Shown: positions 17,509 to 25,250, counted from the first letter of the stretch. The stretch: 39,689 nt of DNA from Candidatus Woesearchaeota archaeon (GCA_964462045.1 CAYWWB010000004.1:1-39689); one strand, 5' to 3'. The notes: generated by a model not told the origin, from the letters alone. A program made the numbers and translations.

Positions 17509-17793
17509 TTAACCTATATTAACATCTCCTCTCGGAGCATTTTCGCTCATATATTCTATTTTAGATAAAGAATTTTTTAATGCTGTTTCTAATTGTGAAG
17601 AAACTGTGTCTATATTTTCCTGTATTTCAGAATCTCTAAACTGCCTTGGAATCTGTTTTTTGTATTCATTGAATCTCTCTATATTTGATTCTACAAAAAT
17701 TCTTTTTTCTTGAGAAGAAGAATCATATTTATCTTTTAATTGCATTAAATTTTGATATGCTTTTATTGCATCTGTTATTTCGTAATTTTTCAT
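17509..17793 (-). CDS. Hypothetical small helical protein
   Basis: Lies 16 nt downstream of the Ig-repeat gene. Charged helical composition. Confidence 0.55.
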   Translation of the reverse strand: MKNYEITDAIKAYQNLMQLKDKYDSSSQEKRIFVESNIERFNEYKKQIPRQFRDSEIQENIDTVSSQLETALKNSLSKIEYMSENAPRGDVNIG

Positions 17794-17809
17794 TTTAAAA
17801 AATAAAAAA

Positions 17810-18961
17810 CTAATAAGGAGCTTCAGCTCCGAAAAGTTCCCAAAGCCAGTTTATGAATCTTTGAAACCAATTAAGTTCCCTATCATCTTCTGATACATCT
17901 ACTTCTGTTGTCTTTGGTTCGTATTGTTTTTTGTAAATTTTATGTTCATAACTTTCTTCTTCATCATCTTCATCATCTTCTGAAAGACTTGGATTGATTT
18001 TGAAATCTACACTTTTATTATTTTCATTACCATTTGAATCAGTTGCATAAATTGTTAATGTGTAATTTCCTTTATCTAATACTATTGAATCATCATATGA
18101 ACTAACAAATCCAGCAGTCAAAGATCTTCTTGAAATTCTTTGAGTACCATTTAATTCATATTCTAATTCTGCTGATTCATCTGTAGATATAGTTATGTTT
18201 ATTTGATTAACTTCATATTCTTCTCCATCTATTGGTGAATCAATTGTAATTTCTGGAGCAGTTGTATCAACATCTGGTAATGTATTTACTGTAAATGTAA
18301 CACTATCACTTCCTTCATTTCCATTAACATCAGTTGCATAAACTGTTAAAGAGTTTGAACCTTCTTGAGTAGTTATTGTAAAAGGACTATTACACCCTGA
18401 AATTGTTTGTCTGCTTCCACCATTAAGAACATATTCACAAGTATCTATTCCTTCATTATCAGTAGCATCAAACCCAACTGTAACATCAGTTGAATCTAAT
18501 GTTTCTCCATTACTTGGAGAATTTATTGTTACTTGAGGAGCTTCATTATCTTCTCCTTTTACTGTTAAAGATAATTCGTTTGATATAGATGTTGAACCAT
18601 CTTTTAATTCTACATATAAAGTTAGTGTATGTTCTCCTACAGAAGTTGTTTTTCCTATAGTAACATCATTTTGATAATATAAAGAACCCCCTGCAGCAGA
18701 ATTTTGTTCAAACCCTGAATTCCATGTTCTAACTGGAGTTCCGTCTATCCTTAATGAAACTTCTTTTATTTCAGAAACATCATATGTAAGAACTTCAAAA
18801 TCTACTTGAGTGTTTTTTCCTTCAGTTATAGTTCCTGAAAATCCTGAATCATATTGTAAGTTAGTGTCTATATTAGCAGCTTGAATAAATCCTAAAGAGA
18901 TAACTAAAGCTAAGAAAATCATTAATACTCTTCCAGCCTTATTAAAATTATTTTGTGTCAT
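17810..18961 (-). CDS. Secreted protein with tandem Ig-like domains, acidic linker and amphipathic Trp-rich C-terminus
   Basis: Signal peptide RVLMIFLALVISLGFIQA. Repeats APQVTINSPSNGETL...TVYATDVNGNEGSDSVTFTVN and APEITIDSPIDGEEY...TIYATDSNGNENNKSVDFKIN resemble PPEITLISPNNE...CTDEVGNIGESETRTITV of the giant protein. C-terminus NWFQRFINWLWELFG. Confidence 0.8.
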   Translation of the reverse strand: MTQNNFNKAGRVLMIFLALVISLGFIQAANIDTNLQYDSGFSGTITEGKNTQVDFEVLTYDVSEIKEVSLRIDGTPVRTWNSGFEQNSAAGGSLYYQNDVTIGKTTSVGEHTLTLYVELKDGSTSISNELSLTVKGEDNEAPQVTINSPSNGETLDSTDVTVGFDATDNEGIDTCEYVLNGGSRQTISGCNSPFTITTQEGSNSLTVYATDVNGNEGSDSVTFTVNTLPDVDTTAPEITIDSPIDGEEYEVNQINITISTDESAELEYELNGTQRISRRSLTAGFVSSYDDSIVLDKGNYTLTIYATDSNGNENNKSVDFKINPSLSEDDEDDEEESYEHKIYKKQYEPKTTEVDVSEDDRELNWFQRFINWLWELFGAEAPY

Positions 18962-18962
18962 T

Positions 18963-20411
18963 TTATCTGTTTAAATACCAATTTATTCCTAAACCATATT
19001 TAAAATCTCCAGATTTGCTTTTTTCTCCAAGCCCGGTTTCATATTTTACATTTCCTTCTACTGAAAAACTACTATTATCTTTTCCAGGAAAATACTCTAT
19101 TCCTGCAGAACCTGTAAAAGTAACTTCTTTTCCTAAATTTTTAATATAATTATCTCCTTCTCCATTACCTATCTCAAGTCTTGTTGAATCAACCACATTT
19201 CCATTTGCGTCTTCTGATATTATGTCTGTTGATATCTCCCCTTCATATTGTTGTTTAACATTTCTATAAGTCAATCCAACTTTTCCCTCCAATCCAAAAC
19301 TGTTTGAAATCATTCCGTTAAAACTAATTCCTGCTCCCCATTCATAATTTTGATACATAGGAGTTTTAGTAACATCTTTATTAGTTATAGCATATCTAGT
19401 TGTATCTCCTTCTTTATATAGAGGTTCTTTTTCTTGTTGAAGACTTTCATTTGTAGGTTTTCCTAAATTCCATGTATTATTTTGGTTCCCTATATTATAT
19501 GATATAAAAGGCCCTATTGAAAGATTTTCACTTCCAAATCCCAATGTAAAAGAAGCTTGTCCATAAAGATTGTCTCCAGCTACTACCCCATCAACATCTA
19601 ATTTTGGTTGGAACCAGCTTAAATCAAAATTCCTATTTCCACTTCTCTTCTTACTTTTATCATCATAAGGAGAATAAAAATTATCTTCTTCTACTTCAAC
19701 AATTCCTTGAACTTCACCAGTTGTAGGTTCTATTAAGTCATATTTTTTGGGATAATCTGAGTTTAAAATTCCTTCAAGATTTCCTCTTGATTTTTCTTTA
19801 TCAACTTTCCATCCCCAAATTTCATCAGTTTGAACATAATAGTTTTCTCTGTTGTCTGTTACACCAATTTCTTGAACATCATCTTTGTATGCCCAAACAA
19901 CATTTTGTTTTTCTCCATTTCCTGAAGGTTGGTGAAAATAATAAACTGTATCATTTATTCCGTCACTTCCTTTTATAACGAGTGTCTTAAATAAATTTGA
20001 GAAATCTTTTGTTTTAATTTCTAATTTATCTCCTTGAAAATCTAAGTTTTTTGTATCATATTGAGGAGTAGCATCTTCTGGTTTTTTTGCAAATTGACCA
20101 GAATTATTTAATATAATTCTATTTCCTTCAATTTCATAAGGAGAAAATACAACACTAGGTTTATTACCATTCATTTTACTAACAGGATATTTTTCAATTC
20201 CCAAAGGATTATCTCTTGATTCTTTAATTTCTTTAAAAGCGTAAACAGTTCCATGTTCCATGATAGCTTCTTGAGTTTCACTACTTCCCACAGAACCAGA
20301 TTGAGTAAAATCAACATCTTGAGCTTTAACATTAGGTGATAAAGCTGTAAGAGCTGCTAATCCTAAACCTCCTAAAAGGCTTTTGAATTTGTTTGTTTTT
20401 TTGTTTGTCAT
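18963..20411 (-). CDS. Secreted 482-aa protein whose C-terminal half looks like a transmembrane beta-barrel (OMP-like)
   Basis: Signal peptide FKSLLGGLGLAALTALSPNVKA/QD. C-terminal half has alternating Gly/aromatic-rich strands: YGQASFTLGFGSENLSIGPFISYNIG, YEWGAGISFNGMISNSFGLEGKVGLTYRN, VTFTGSAGIEYFPGKDNSSFSVEGNVKYETG, and terminal FKYGLGINWYLNR. Confidence 0.75.
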   Translation of the reverse strand: MTNKKTNKFKSLLGGLGLAALTALSPNVKAQDVDFTQSGSVGSSETQEAIMEHGTVYAFKEIKESRDNPLGIEKYPVSKMNGNKPSVVFSPYEIEGNRIILNNSGQFAKKPEDATPQYDTKNLDFQGDKLEIKTKDFSNLFKTLVIKGSDGINDTVYYFHQPSGNGEKQNVVWAYKDDVQEIGVTDNRENYYVQTDEIWGWKVDKEKSRGNLEGILNSDYPKKYDLIEPTTGEVQGIVEVEEDNFYSPYDDKSKKRSGNRNFDLSWFQPKLDVDGVVAGDNLYGQASFTLGFGSENLSIGPFISYNIGNQNNTWNLGKPTNESLQQEKEPLYKEGDTTRYAITNKDVTKTPMYQNYEWGAGISFNGMISNSFGLEGKVGLTYRNVKQQYEGEISTDIISEDANGNVVDSTRLEIGNGEGDNYIKNLGKEVTFTGSAGIEYFPGKDNSSFSVEGNVKYETGLGEKSKSGDFKYGLGINWYLNR

Positions 20412-20726
20412 TTTTATTGTTTTTTTGAATTTTTTAATCTTTATAAACCTTTTGGTTTGTTGTTATTGAAAGGTTTAAACACTTTTGTGTTATTGTAAAA
20501 TAGTTAATTACAACTACTTTATAAATTTTTCGGTTTTTAACTATGATTAAGTAAAAACAAAATTTCAGAGTTTTTTCGAATATAAAAATATTTGTATTAT
20601 TTAAGATATGTGTTTTTGTCGTCAATAAAAAAATAAAAAGAAAGATAAATTCATTGGGTGTCATCAGGAAATCAAAAAAAGGAAAACATTTTCTGGAAGG
20701 GTTGTTTTGTAGTATATTAATTAGGG

Positions 20727-20916
20727 GGTTCTCGTTTCATTTGGATTTCTTTTAGGAAATACGGATGAATGGAAATCTCTGATTTACTTTTTGTCTAATC
20801 TTTTTTTGAAAAAGATCTTCATGGTAGGTTCTCGTTTCATTTGGATTTCTTTTAGGAAATACGGATGAATGGAAATCTCTGATTTACTTTTTGTCTAATC
20901 TTTTTTTGAAAAAGAT
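20727..20916. repeat. Two perfect 90-bp direct copies (20727..20816, 20827..20916) separated by a 10-nt spacer
   Basis: ggttctcgtttcatttggatttcttttaggaaatacggatgaatggaaatctctgatttactttttgtctaatctttttttgaaaaagat occurs twice with a period of exactly 100 nt. Each copy ends in the palindrome atcttttt..aaaaagat. Confidence 0.95.
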
Positions 20917-20930
20917 TATTTGAAAGATAC

Positions 20931-20949
20931 ATGCGCGAGCCGGGATTCG
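20931..20949 (-). other. Orphan 19-nt copy of the tRNA-Gly 3' end (T-loop to discriminator, plus 1 nt); att-like scar
   Basis: atgcgcgagccgggattcg at 20931..20949 is identical to 21036..21054 in the intact tRNA-Gly, in the same orientation, 87 nt downstream of the gene. Confidence 0.85.
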
Positions 20950-21036
20950 TGCGAAAAGCAAGTTTTCGCGTCATTCGCTAAAATCAAAGATTTTATCAAA
21001 TGAAACTCCGTTCGAATCCCCTATTTTTTTGCAGAA

Positions 21037-21107
21037 TGCGCGAGCCGGGATTCGAACCCGGGCCACATCGTTGGCAACGACGCATTCTACCACTGAACTA
21101 CTCACGC
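21037..21107 (-). tRNA. tRNA-Gly(GCC)
   Basis: Minus strand reads GCGTGAG-TA-GTTC-AGTGGTA-GAAT-G-CGTCG-TTGCCAA-CGATG-TGGC-CCGGG-TTCGAAT-CCCGG-CTCGCGC-A. Full cloverleaf, anticodon GCC, no encoded CCA, no intron. Confidence 0.95.
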
Positions 21108-21126
21108 TTTTTAATAATAAAAGAGA

Positions 21127-21756
21127 TTATTTGGTTTTTTTAAAATATTCTAATAAAGAAATATATGTCTTAGGATTTTTAGAATGTAATTCTCCTTTGT
21201 CCCAAGGGATATTAGATGTTTTTAAAATTCCATCTGCATTTACATTTCTTATTAATGTATTATAATTACTAATGTTTTCTTTTGTTAAAAAATATGCTGA
21301 ACCTTTAACCCCTTTTGGAATTTCTGCTAAATAAACTTGTATTTTTTTGTCATGCAAGTCATTTACAATATTTTGAAGTGATTTTTTTATTTTATAATCT
21401 GGTGCCCACCTACTATTAGTTCCTTCAAAAAGAATAATCTTATTTGAATTTACTTTTTTTAATTCAGAAATTACACTAGGCAATTCATTTTCAATATTAA
21501 AAATTGTTCTTCCCTCATATGAAAATTTATCGCAGTTTTCACACCCCATCATATCTGAATTAGTGATATCACTATCTTCAATAATAATATTTTCTAATTT
21601 TTGGTTGTTTTTTGTTAAATAATTATTCAAAGCAACTATATGTGAATTTCCAAGAACAACAGCGGGTGAGATTTTTTTTGTTTGTTGAGAATGTAAATTA
21701 TAATTAATACCTAGTGTCAAGGTTAATGCGAGCAGTGTGTTTGCTATCTTTCCCAT
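21127..21756 (-). CDS. Secreted 209-aa protein (weak SGNH/GDSL-hydrolase-like resemblance) lying between two tRNA genes
   Basis: Signal peptide MGKIANTLLALTLTLGINYNLHS. VVLGNSHIV and ILFEGTNS are loosely reminiscent of SGNH blocks I and III. The ATG is 2 nt after the tRNA-Val 3' end; the stop is 19 nt before the tRNA-Gly 5' end. Confidence 0.65.
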   Translation of the reverse strand: MGKIANTLLALTLTLGINYNLHSQQTKKISPAVVLGNSHIVALNNYLTKNNQKLENIIIEDSDITNSDMMGCENCDKFSYEGRTIFNIENELPSVISELKKVNSNKIILFEGTNSRWAPDYKIKKSLQNIVNDLHDKKIQVYLAEIPKGVKGSAYFLTKENISNYNTLIRNVNADGILKTSNIPWDKGELHSKNPKTYISLLEYFKKTK

Positions 21757-21758
21757 AA

Positions 21759-21831
21759 TGGACCCGGCAGGAATCGAACCTGCGATCTTCTCGGTGTAAA
21801 CGAGATGTCATAACCCCTAGACCACGGGTCC
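21759..21831 (-). tRNA. tRNA-Val(UAC)
   Basis: Minus strand reads GGACCCG-TG-GTCT-AGGGGTTA-TGAC-A-TCTCG-TTTACAC-CGAGA-AGATC-GCAGG-TTCGATT-CCTGC-CGGGTCC-A. Anticodon TAC, no encoded CCA, no intron. Confidence 0.95.
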
Positions 21832-22025
21832 ATGTTTTTGTTAGACCCGTTCAAAAAACCTTTTGGTTTTTAGTTGTTTCGTCTTTCCATCATTTGAAGC
21901 GGAAATCCAAAACAGACCACGGGTCCATGTTTTTGTTAGACCCGTTCAAAAAACCTTTTGGTTTTTAGTTGTTTCGTCTTTCCATCATTTGAAGCGGAAA
22001 TCCAAAACAGACCACGGGTCCATGT
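21819..22025. repeat. Perfect 95-bp tandem repeat (2 full units plus a 17-nt third copy) that includes the first 13 nt of tRNA-Val and its upstream leader
   Basis: Units at 21819..21913 and 21914..22008, partial copy at 22009..22025. Each starts with agaccacgggtccatgt, the reverse complement of acat+GGACCCGTGGTCT. Confidence 0.95.
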
Positions 22026-22140
22026 GTTTTTTATTAAATATTTAATAAAGTTGTAACTTTTAAAGTTTTTCTTTATAAAAAAAGTTATCTAAAAGATAGT
22101 GATAACAACATTTAAAAATAAAAAGTAATTTATTTAATGC

Positions 22141-23982
22141 ATGGTTAACGATAAAAATAAAATTCCTGGAATGGAATTAAATGACACTAAAAAATATTCT
22201 AATTCTCAAACTTCAACATCTCCAGAAAATAATCCTAATGGTTCTGTTTCGCAAGGAAATTCTCAACAAAACGAAGAACAAAAAAAAGAAAATGAAAGAA
22301 TAAAAAAGATAATGGAAAAATTAAAAAGCACTATTTTAGAAAAATATTCTTTTATCCAATCAATAAGTATTTTGCCTCCTCAATCAATTAAAGTTTTCAT
22401 AGATGAAGAAGAAGTCCCAAAAGAAACTGAAAAACACCACCACCTAAATATAGTTGTTCCAGATAAAAAAGAAAAAAAATTGCCTGAAATAAAGAAAGAC
22501 ATTGTAAAAGAAATTGAAAAAACTAAAGAGTATATTTGGTTACATTTAAGGACCCCTCAAGAAATATGGGGAATTTGTTTGGATTCAAAATTTGAAATTT
22601 TTAGTGCTATTGCTATGTCATATCCATTATATGATAAAGGAATTTTAGGAGCTATGAGGGTCACAGAAATCCATAAATCAATGGTTTTACAAAAATTTGA
22701 CAAATATGTTGTTTCTTATGTTTTAGGCGGAAGTATGATAAGAGGAGAAGCAAAAAAAACTTCTGATATTGATGTTTTCTTAATTATTAATGATACTGAT
22801 GTTAAAAGAATGCCTCGTTTGGAATTAAAAGAAAGATTAAGAGGAATGATTTATCAATATGTTAGTGAAGCTATGGGAATGGCTGGAGTTAAAATGCAGT
22901 TAGAACCTCAGATTTATTTATTAACTGATTTCTGGGAAGCAATGAAAGATGCTCACCCAGTAATGTTTACTTTCATTAGAGATGGTGTTCCAATTTATGA
23001 TAGAGGAACTTTCATGCCTTGGAAATCTTTATTAAATATGGGTAAACTTAAACCAAGTCCTGAAGCTATTGATATGTTTATGTCTATGGGAGACAATACA
23101 AGAAAAAGAATTGAAAGGGCGCAATTAGATTTAGTTGTAGGAGATATTTATTGGGGAACCATAACTCCGAGCCAGGCTTTATTAATGCTTTATGGAGTTG
23201 CACCTCCTTCGCCAAAGCAAGTTGTTCCTGAAATGAAAAAAATATTTGTTGAAAAAGAAAAAATGCTTGAAAAAAAATATATTGACATCCTAGAAAAAAT
23301 TGTTATTAAATATTATAAGGGGTATGAGCACGGGAAAGTAAAGAAAGTTTCAGGTAAAGAAGTTGATATGCTTTTAGAGGAAATGGAAGAATACAATAAA
23401 AGAATGAAAGAGTTAAGAAAACAAATTGAAAAAAGAACCGATGAAAGAACCATTGAACAATTCTACAAAGATGTTTTTGAATTATTGAAATCAATTTTAG
23501 GGAATAAAGCAAAAGAAAAAATAGTTGAAGAATTTAATAAAAAAATGGTAAAAACAGGAAAATTTTCTCCCCAACATTTGAGGATTTTAAAGAACATTGT
23601 TAAAGCAAGAGAAGAATTCAAAAAAGGGAAACTTGATACTCATAGAGTTCATCAAGCAAGAAGAGAATCTAGAACCCTTATTAATGATTTAATAGAATAT
23701 TCTCAAAGATGTGAATTAATGCCTTTAGAAAAAGGGAGATTTTATTTGAAATATAAAGAGAAAGGCAAGGAAAAAAATGCTGAATTATTAAGTTACAATG
23801 GAAAAGCATTTTTATTAAAACAAAATGAAATCAAGAAAATAACAAACAAAATTGAAGAATCAAATCTTGAAGAAATTAATAAAGAGGCTGAAAAACAAAA
23901 AAGTAAAAAGGAAATTGAATTAAAACCAGAAGTATTTAAATTAATAAAGAAAGAACTTGGAAATTATGAAATTGTTCTTTGA
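22141..23982 (+). CDS. Large (613 aa) Pol-beta-superfamily nucleotidyltransferase-domain protein with helical C-terminal extension
   Basis: NTase signature LGGSMIRGEAKKTSDIDVFLIIND. The downstream helical block GKLKPSPEAIDMF...YWGTITPSQALLMLYGVAPPSPKQVVPEM is paralogous to ORF 26780..27742. Long Lys/Glu-rich coiled tail. Confidence 0.8.
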   Translation: MVNDKNKIPGMELNDTKKYSNSQTSTSPENNPNGSVSQGNSQQNEEQKKENERIKKIMEKLKSTILEKYSFIQSISILPPQSIKVFIDEEEVPKETEKHHHLNIVVPDKKEKKLPEIKKDIVKEIEKTKEYIWLHLRTPQEIWGICLDSKFEIFSAIAMSYPLYDKGILGAMRVTEIHKSMVLQKFDKYVVSYVLGGSMIRGEAKKTSDIDVFLIINDTDVKRMPRLELKERLRGMIYQYVSEAMGMAGVKMQLEPQIYLLTDFWEAMKDAHPVMFTFIRDGVPIYDRGTFMPWKSLLNMGKLKPSPEAIDMFMSMGDNTRKRIERAQLDLVVGDIYWGTITPSQALLMLYGVAPPSPKQVVPEMKKIFVEKEKMLEKKYIDILEKIVIKYYKGYEHGKVKKVSGKEVDMLLEEMEEYNKRMKELRKQIEKRTDERTIEQFYKDVFELLKSILGNKAKEKIVEEFNKKMVKTGKFSPQHLRILKNIVKAREEFKKGKLDTHRVHQARRESRTLINDLIEYSQRCELMPLEKGRFYLKYKEKGKEKNAELLSYNGKAFLLKQNEIKKITNKIEESNLEEINKEAEKQKSKKEIELKPEVFKLIKKELGNYEIVL

Positions 23983-24038
23983 TTTTTCTTAGAATGATTA
24001 ATAAAAACCTTTAAAAACCAATTTTCTTGATAATTAAT

Positions 24039-24299
24039 ATGACAGTTGGAAAAATTTTACAATTTAGAAGAGGAAGGCATACAATAAAAGAAAGGCATTT
24101 TTTAATTGAAATTCCGAAAGTTGAAAATAAAAAAGATGCTGAAAAACTAATTGGAAAAGAAGTATTATGGAAATCTCCTGCTGGAAAAGAAATTAAAGGA
24201 AAGGTTTCTGGAGCTCATGGAAATAAGGGAGTTGTTAGGGTTATTTTTGAAAAGGGGCTTCCTGGACAAGCAATAACAACAGAGGTAGAAATAAAATGA
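24039..24299 (+). CDS. rpl35ae: 50S ribosomal protein L35Ae (eL33)
   Basis: GKILQFRRGRHT...GKEVLWKSPAGKEIKGKVSGAHGNKGVVRVIFEKGLPGQAI matches the L35Ae pattern (HG..G.vr..F...lPg.a). The track start at 24027 is TTG; the ATG is at 24039. Confidence 0.8.
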   Translation: MTVGKILQFRRGRHTIKERHFLIEIPKVENKKDAEKLIGKEVLWKSPAGKEIKGKVSGAHGNKGVVRVIFEKGLPGQAITTEVEIK

Positions 24300-24475
24300 G
24301 CACAAATACGAAAAATGAGTCTAATGTAGTTTTTAATCCTTTTAATAATCTTTATGAACCTATTTCAAATAGATATGTAAAAAACAGGGCTTATCAAAAT
24401 GAAAATCTTTCAAACCAGAAAAATTTTTCAAAAAATAATTTAAATAAAAAAATAACAGAAATTTATTTAGGATAA
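24296..24475 (+). CDS. Possible 59-aa N/K-rich small ORF between the two ribosomal protein genes
   Basis: The ATG overlaps the rpl35ae stop (ATGA at 24296..24299). The stop at 24473..24475 lies 1 nt before the rpl10e ATG. Below the size cut-off of the ORF track. Confidence 0.35.
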   Translation: MSTNTKNESNVVFNPFNNLYEPISNRYVKNRAYQNENLSNQKNFSKNNLNKKITEIYLG

Positions 24476-24476
24476 A

Positions 24477-25019
24477 ATGGCACTAAGAAAAGCAAATGCA
24501 TATTCAAAGAAAAGAGTTGTACCTTATACAAGAGTTAGTAAGAAAAGACAAAAATCTTATATTAAAACAGTTCCAAATCAAAAAATTGTTAAATTTGTAA
24601 TGGGAAATGAAAAAGCTTTTAGTAATAAAAAATTACCTCATGTTTTGACAGTTGTTTCAACAGAAAATGTTCAAATAAGGCACAATGCATTAGAAGCTTG
24701 TAGGCAATATATTAATAAGCAGTTAGTAAAAGAGTTGAATAAAAATTATATGTTCCAAGTTATTCCTTTTCCTCATCATGTTCAAAGAGAAAATAAAATG
24801 CTTACTGGTGCTGGTGCAGATAGAATGCAGACAGGTATGCAGTTAGCTTTTGGAAAGGCTTCTGGAAAAGCTGCTATTTTAAAACCAGAATCAAGAATAT
24901 TTGTAGTTGCAACAGCAACCCCCCAAGCTATAGCATTTGCAAGAAAGGTAATTAAAAAAGTTAATCCAAAATTACCTTGTAAAATTAGAATAGATTATAG
25001 GGATTTGAAAAAGGAATAA
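24477..25019 (+). CDS. rpl10e: 50S ribosomal protein L10e (uL16)
   Basis: MALRKANAYSKKRVVPYTRVSKK...KIVKFVMGN...LTGAGADRMQTGM is typical of the archaeal/eukaryotic L10e family. Confidence 0.9.
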   Translation: MALRKANAYSKKRVVPYTRVSKKRQKSYIKTVPNQKIVKFVMGNEKAFSNKKLPHVLTVVSTENVQIRHNALEACRQYINKQLVKELNKNYMFQVIPFPHHVQRENKMLTGAGADRMQTGMQLAFGKASGKAAILKPESRIFVVATATPQAIAFARKVIKKVNPKLPCKIRIDYRDLKKE

Positions 25020-25048
25020 ATTTGTTACCTCTACAAAATTACAACAAA

Positions 25049-25064
25049 CCGAAAGATTTATAAA
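25049..25064 (+). promoter_or_regulatory. BRE/TATA (ccgaaaga-TTTATAAA) 21 nt upstream of the ATG at 25086
   Basis: Nearly the same element as at 920..934. Supports the 54-aa ORF as the first gene of the array. Confidence 0.5.
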
Positions 25065-25085
25065 GTCTGGAATTCTACATATAAT

Positions 25086-25250
25086 ATGAAAAATAATATG
25101 GTAAAATATTCAATAAAAGGAAAAAATTTTAGTAGTGATACTATTAAAAGAAAAACCTGGACAGGATTAAAACCTGGATTCAAATATGAATCAAATTCAA
25201 ATAAAAACATGTATCAAAAAATAAAAGATTTAGGAAAAAAATTAATTTAA
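25086..25250 (+). CDS. Possible 54-aa basic small ORF, first gene of an orphan small-ORF array
   Basis: The ATG is 21 nt downstream of a strong BRE/TATA (ccgaaagaTTTATAAA, 25049..25064). The stop is 1 nt before the next ATG (25252). Confidence 0.45.
   Translation: MKNNMVKYSIKGKNFSSDTIKRKTWTGLKPGFKYESNSNKNMYQKIKDLGKKLI

Noticed and set aside
20434-20664. 76-aa minus-strand ORF upstream of the beta-barrel-like gene
   Set aside because: Its translation is low-complexity and AT-rich. It overlaps the likely promoter (TTTATAAA around 20442..20449) of the downstream operon and has no motif or coupling.
20931-21036. Split or intron-containing second tRNA-Gly using the orphan 3' end fragment
   Set aside because: Only the last 18 nt of the tRNA are present. 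Upstream on that strand there is no 5' T-stem strand (ccggg), no anticodon arm and no GCG(C/T)GAG acceptor strand. A trans-spliced partner cannot be excluded but is not supported by anything in the window.
21029-21265. 78-aa plus-strand ORF
   Set aside because: It runs antisense through tRNA-Gly and the 3' end of the minus-strand CDS, so it is a spurious ORF.
20727-22025. Possible CRISPR array, suggested by the regularly spaced perfect repeats on both sides of the tRNA module
   Set aside because: There are only two full copies per locus. The repeated units are 90-95 nt, with a 10-nt spacer or none, so there is no repeat/unique-spacer alternation. No cas genes are in the window, and the units contain tRNA-derived sequence.
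21863-22045. 60-aa plus-strand ORF
   Set aside because: It lies wholly within the 95-bp tandem repeats and its amino-acid sequence is itself repeated. It has no start context.
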